Shown: positions 40,746 to 42,072 of the stretch, in pieces
Layout of the letters: every line of letters begins with the position of its first letter
Numbering within the stretch: position 1 is the stretch's first letter
IMG/VR virus record: IMGVR_UViG_3300022555_000023
Location: 72,095-114,166 of that record
Reading direction: 5' to 3' (one strand)
Length of the DNA stretch: 42,072 bases
Source of the DNA: a virus
Lineage: Duplodnaviria; Heunggongvirae; Uroviricota; Caudoviricetes
Translations under genes and position numbers: made by a program
Notes under the pieces: generated by a model
Databases searched by the model: none
What the model was told of the DNA's origin: nothing
What the model saw: the letters and a program-made list of their open reading frames with translations, nothing else

Positions 40746-40901
40746 TCATTCTCCCGCGTCGTCCTCGCGTTCCACAAGCGGGCAGCAGCACGCTTCGCAG
40801 TGCGGGTTGCCGCAGCAGCCGCACGAATCGCAAAGATTCTCGCCACACTCGCTGCACACCGGCGGGCACTCGTAATCGAGTTCGTCGATATCTTCGTCCA
40901 T
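40746..40901 (-). CDS. Small Cys-rich, metallothionein-like protein (51 aa)
   Basis: Below the ORF-track cutoff. MDEDIDELDYECPPVCSECGENLCDSCGCCGNPHCEACCCPLVEREDDAGE. Confidence 0.55.
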   Translation of the reverse strand: MDEDIDELDYECPPVCSECGENLCDSCGCCGNPHCEACCCPLVEREDDAGE

Positions 40902-40903
40902 GA

Positions 40904-41257
40904 CTATGCCCTTGGATTCAGGTTTCGGATGGCCGCAAGGAATGCGTCGCGGTTGTGGTAGTTCCGCTGATCGATCACGCCCGCCCGCGTTCGCACGGCC
41001 AGGGTGCCCTCTACATATCGCAGTATCATTCCGGTAAGCCCGCCTGGGCCAACACGGTCGAGGCCATGCCGCACGCGTTCGGCGGTCATCTCGTCGTCGC
41101 CCTGATCGCGGTACTGCTTCAGGACTTTGACCCGGATGCGGCGAGCGATCTGGCCGGTCGTGTAGATGCGGCCCGCCTTTTTCACCTGCTCGTGAATCTC
41201 GCTGACGAAGTCAAACCAGCCGCGGGCGTCGAGGGTCGGTTGCGTCGCTGTGGTCAT
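40904..41257 (-). CDS. Hypothetical protein
   Basis: 117 aa, ATGA coupling. Confidence 0.6.
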   Translation of the reverse strand: MTTATQPTLDARGWFDFVSEIHEQVKKAGRIYTTGQIARRIRVKVLKQYRDQGDDEMTAERVRHGLDRVGPGGLTGMILRYVEGTLAVRTRAGVIDQRNYHNRDAFLAAIRNLNPRA

Positions 41258-41517
41258 AATGGTTTGTCCAGTTCTTCACCAGTGATTTCAGGCGTCGTGT
41301 TCGTCCAGCCTTTCGGCTCATACTTCCAGACACGACCATTGTAAGAGATCATGTACTTCCGCTTGCCGTTCTGGCGTACCAGCCCGCCCTGCCAGTTGCC
41401 GTTCCCAAGGCTAAAGTAGCTGATGTATAGGCGAACGGTCTCGGATGCTTCGCGGAGGGTGGCGACCTCGGCGGTTCGGCCCTTCGCTCGTTCGTGTTTG
41501 AGTTCGACGGTTAGCAC
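41254..41517 (-). CDS. Hypothetical protein
   Basis: 87 aa, SD GGAG. Confidence 0.55.
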   Translation of the reverse strand: MLTVELKHERAKGRTAEVATLREASETVRLYISYFSLGNGNWQGGLVRQNGKRKYMISYNGRVWKYEPKGWTNTTPEITGEELDKPL

Positions 41518-41617
41518 GGTGCGTCTCCATCATCTTCGGGGCCGTTTTCGGGGCCGTGCAACTCGCGGGGAGGTGGCTCGCTGAATCGCTGCGACATTGC
41601 CTCGACAGCGAGGCGGG

Positions 41618-41806
41618 CTACCGGCGACGTGGGCGGCACAAGGTCTCGCCGCAGGGCCAGCACGGGCTGTTTCCCTGCACGGCGACGTAGCCGATACGGT
41701 CGGTCTTGCCCTTGTAGACGCGGTTCACCGCGAACTGGCCGTGTGGCAAGGGAACCAGAACAACGGATACGCCGCTGTCGGTCATTACTGTGGGTCGGTT
41801 CTTCAT
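41618..41806 (-). CDS. Small hypothetical protein
   Basis: 62 aa, SD AAGGT. Confidence 0.5.
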   Translation of the reverse strand: MKNRPTVMTDSGVSVVLVPLPHGQFAVNRVYKGKTDRIGYVAVQGNSPCWPCGETLCRPRRR

Positions 41807-41824
41807 GGTTGGTTACCTTTCGGT

Positions 41825-42043
41825 TCAGGCTGCTCGGGTGTGCTGGACGAGGCGGTCGAATCGGCCCGAAGCGGGTCGGCTGGCCATGCCTCGGCTCTTG
41901 CCCATTGAAGTACTGTGGACACCAATGCCCCGCGACGTCGCGGCGGCGGTGAAGTGGTGGTGAAACTCGCGGCGGCGGGCCGAACCCTCGCGGGCGGCTT
42001 GTTCGTCGATCTCGTTCCAGGCGTTTTTTTCTCGTTCAGACAT
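41825..42043 (-). CDS. Small hypothetical protein
   Basis: 72 aa, SD AAGGA upstream of ATG 42043. Confidence 0.5.
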   Translation of the reverse strand: MSEREKNAWNEIDEQAAREGSARRREFHHHFTAAATSRGIGVHSTSMGKSRGMASRPASGRFDRLVQHTRAA

Positions 42044-42072
42044 TCTAGCATTCCTTCGCTGCTGGTTTGAGC

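Overview
The window looks like a 42-kb segment of a large dsDNA bacteriophage genome. Nearly all genes are on the minus strand and often coupled by ATGA overlaps. The host is inferred, not shown, to be Planctomycetota-like, from the sigma-factor type, HARE-HTH and CsrA. The replication module comprises a UDG-fused family A DNA polymerase, a DnaN-like clamp, a DnaX-like loader, a DnaB-like helicase, a primase, an SNF2 helicase and a Dam-like methylase. Other recognisable genes are a PyrF-PyrE (UMP synthase) fusion, an amidoligase plus class II glutamine amidotransferase, two sigma factors, two CsrA homologues, tmRNA, a tRNA-Met(CAT) and four homing-endonuclease-like genes. Four observations are not explained by standard annotation. 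(1) Three tRNA-shaped RNAs lack a normal anticodon arm, and one of them has a full alanine acceptor identity. (2) An HNH cassette with its own sigma70 promoter splits a nucleoside-deoxyribosyltransferase-like gene into two separately translatable halves. (3) Eleven co-oriented GGCAY-N7-GCATGRTA motifs (sigma54-like GG-N10-GC) precede genes and structured RNAs. (4) A second motif, CGTGTCTRR, sits 18-25 nt upstream of six start codons. All structure and family calls were made by eye; no database search or folding program was run.
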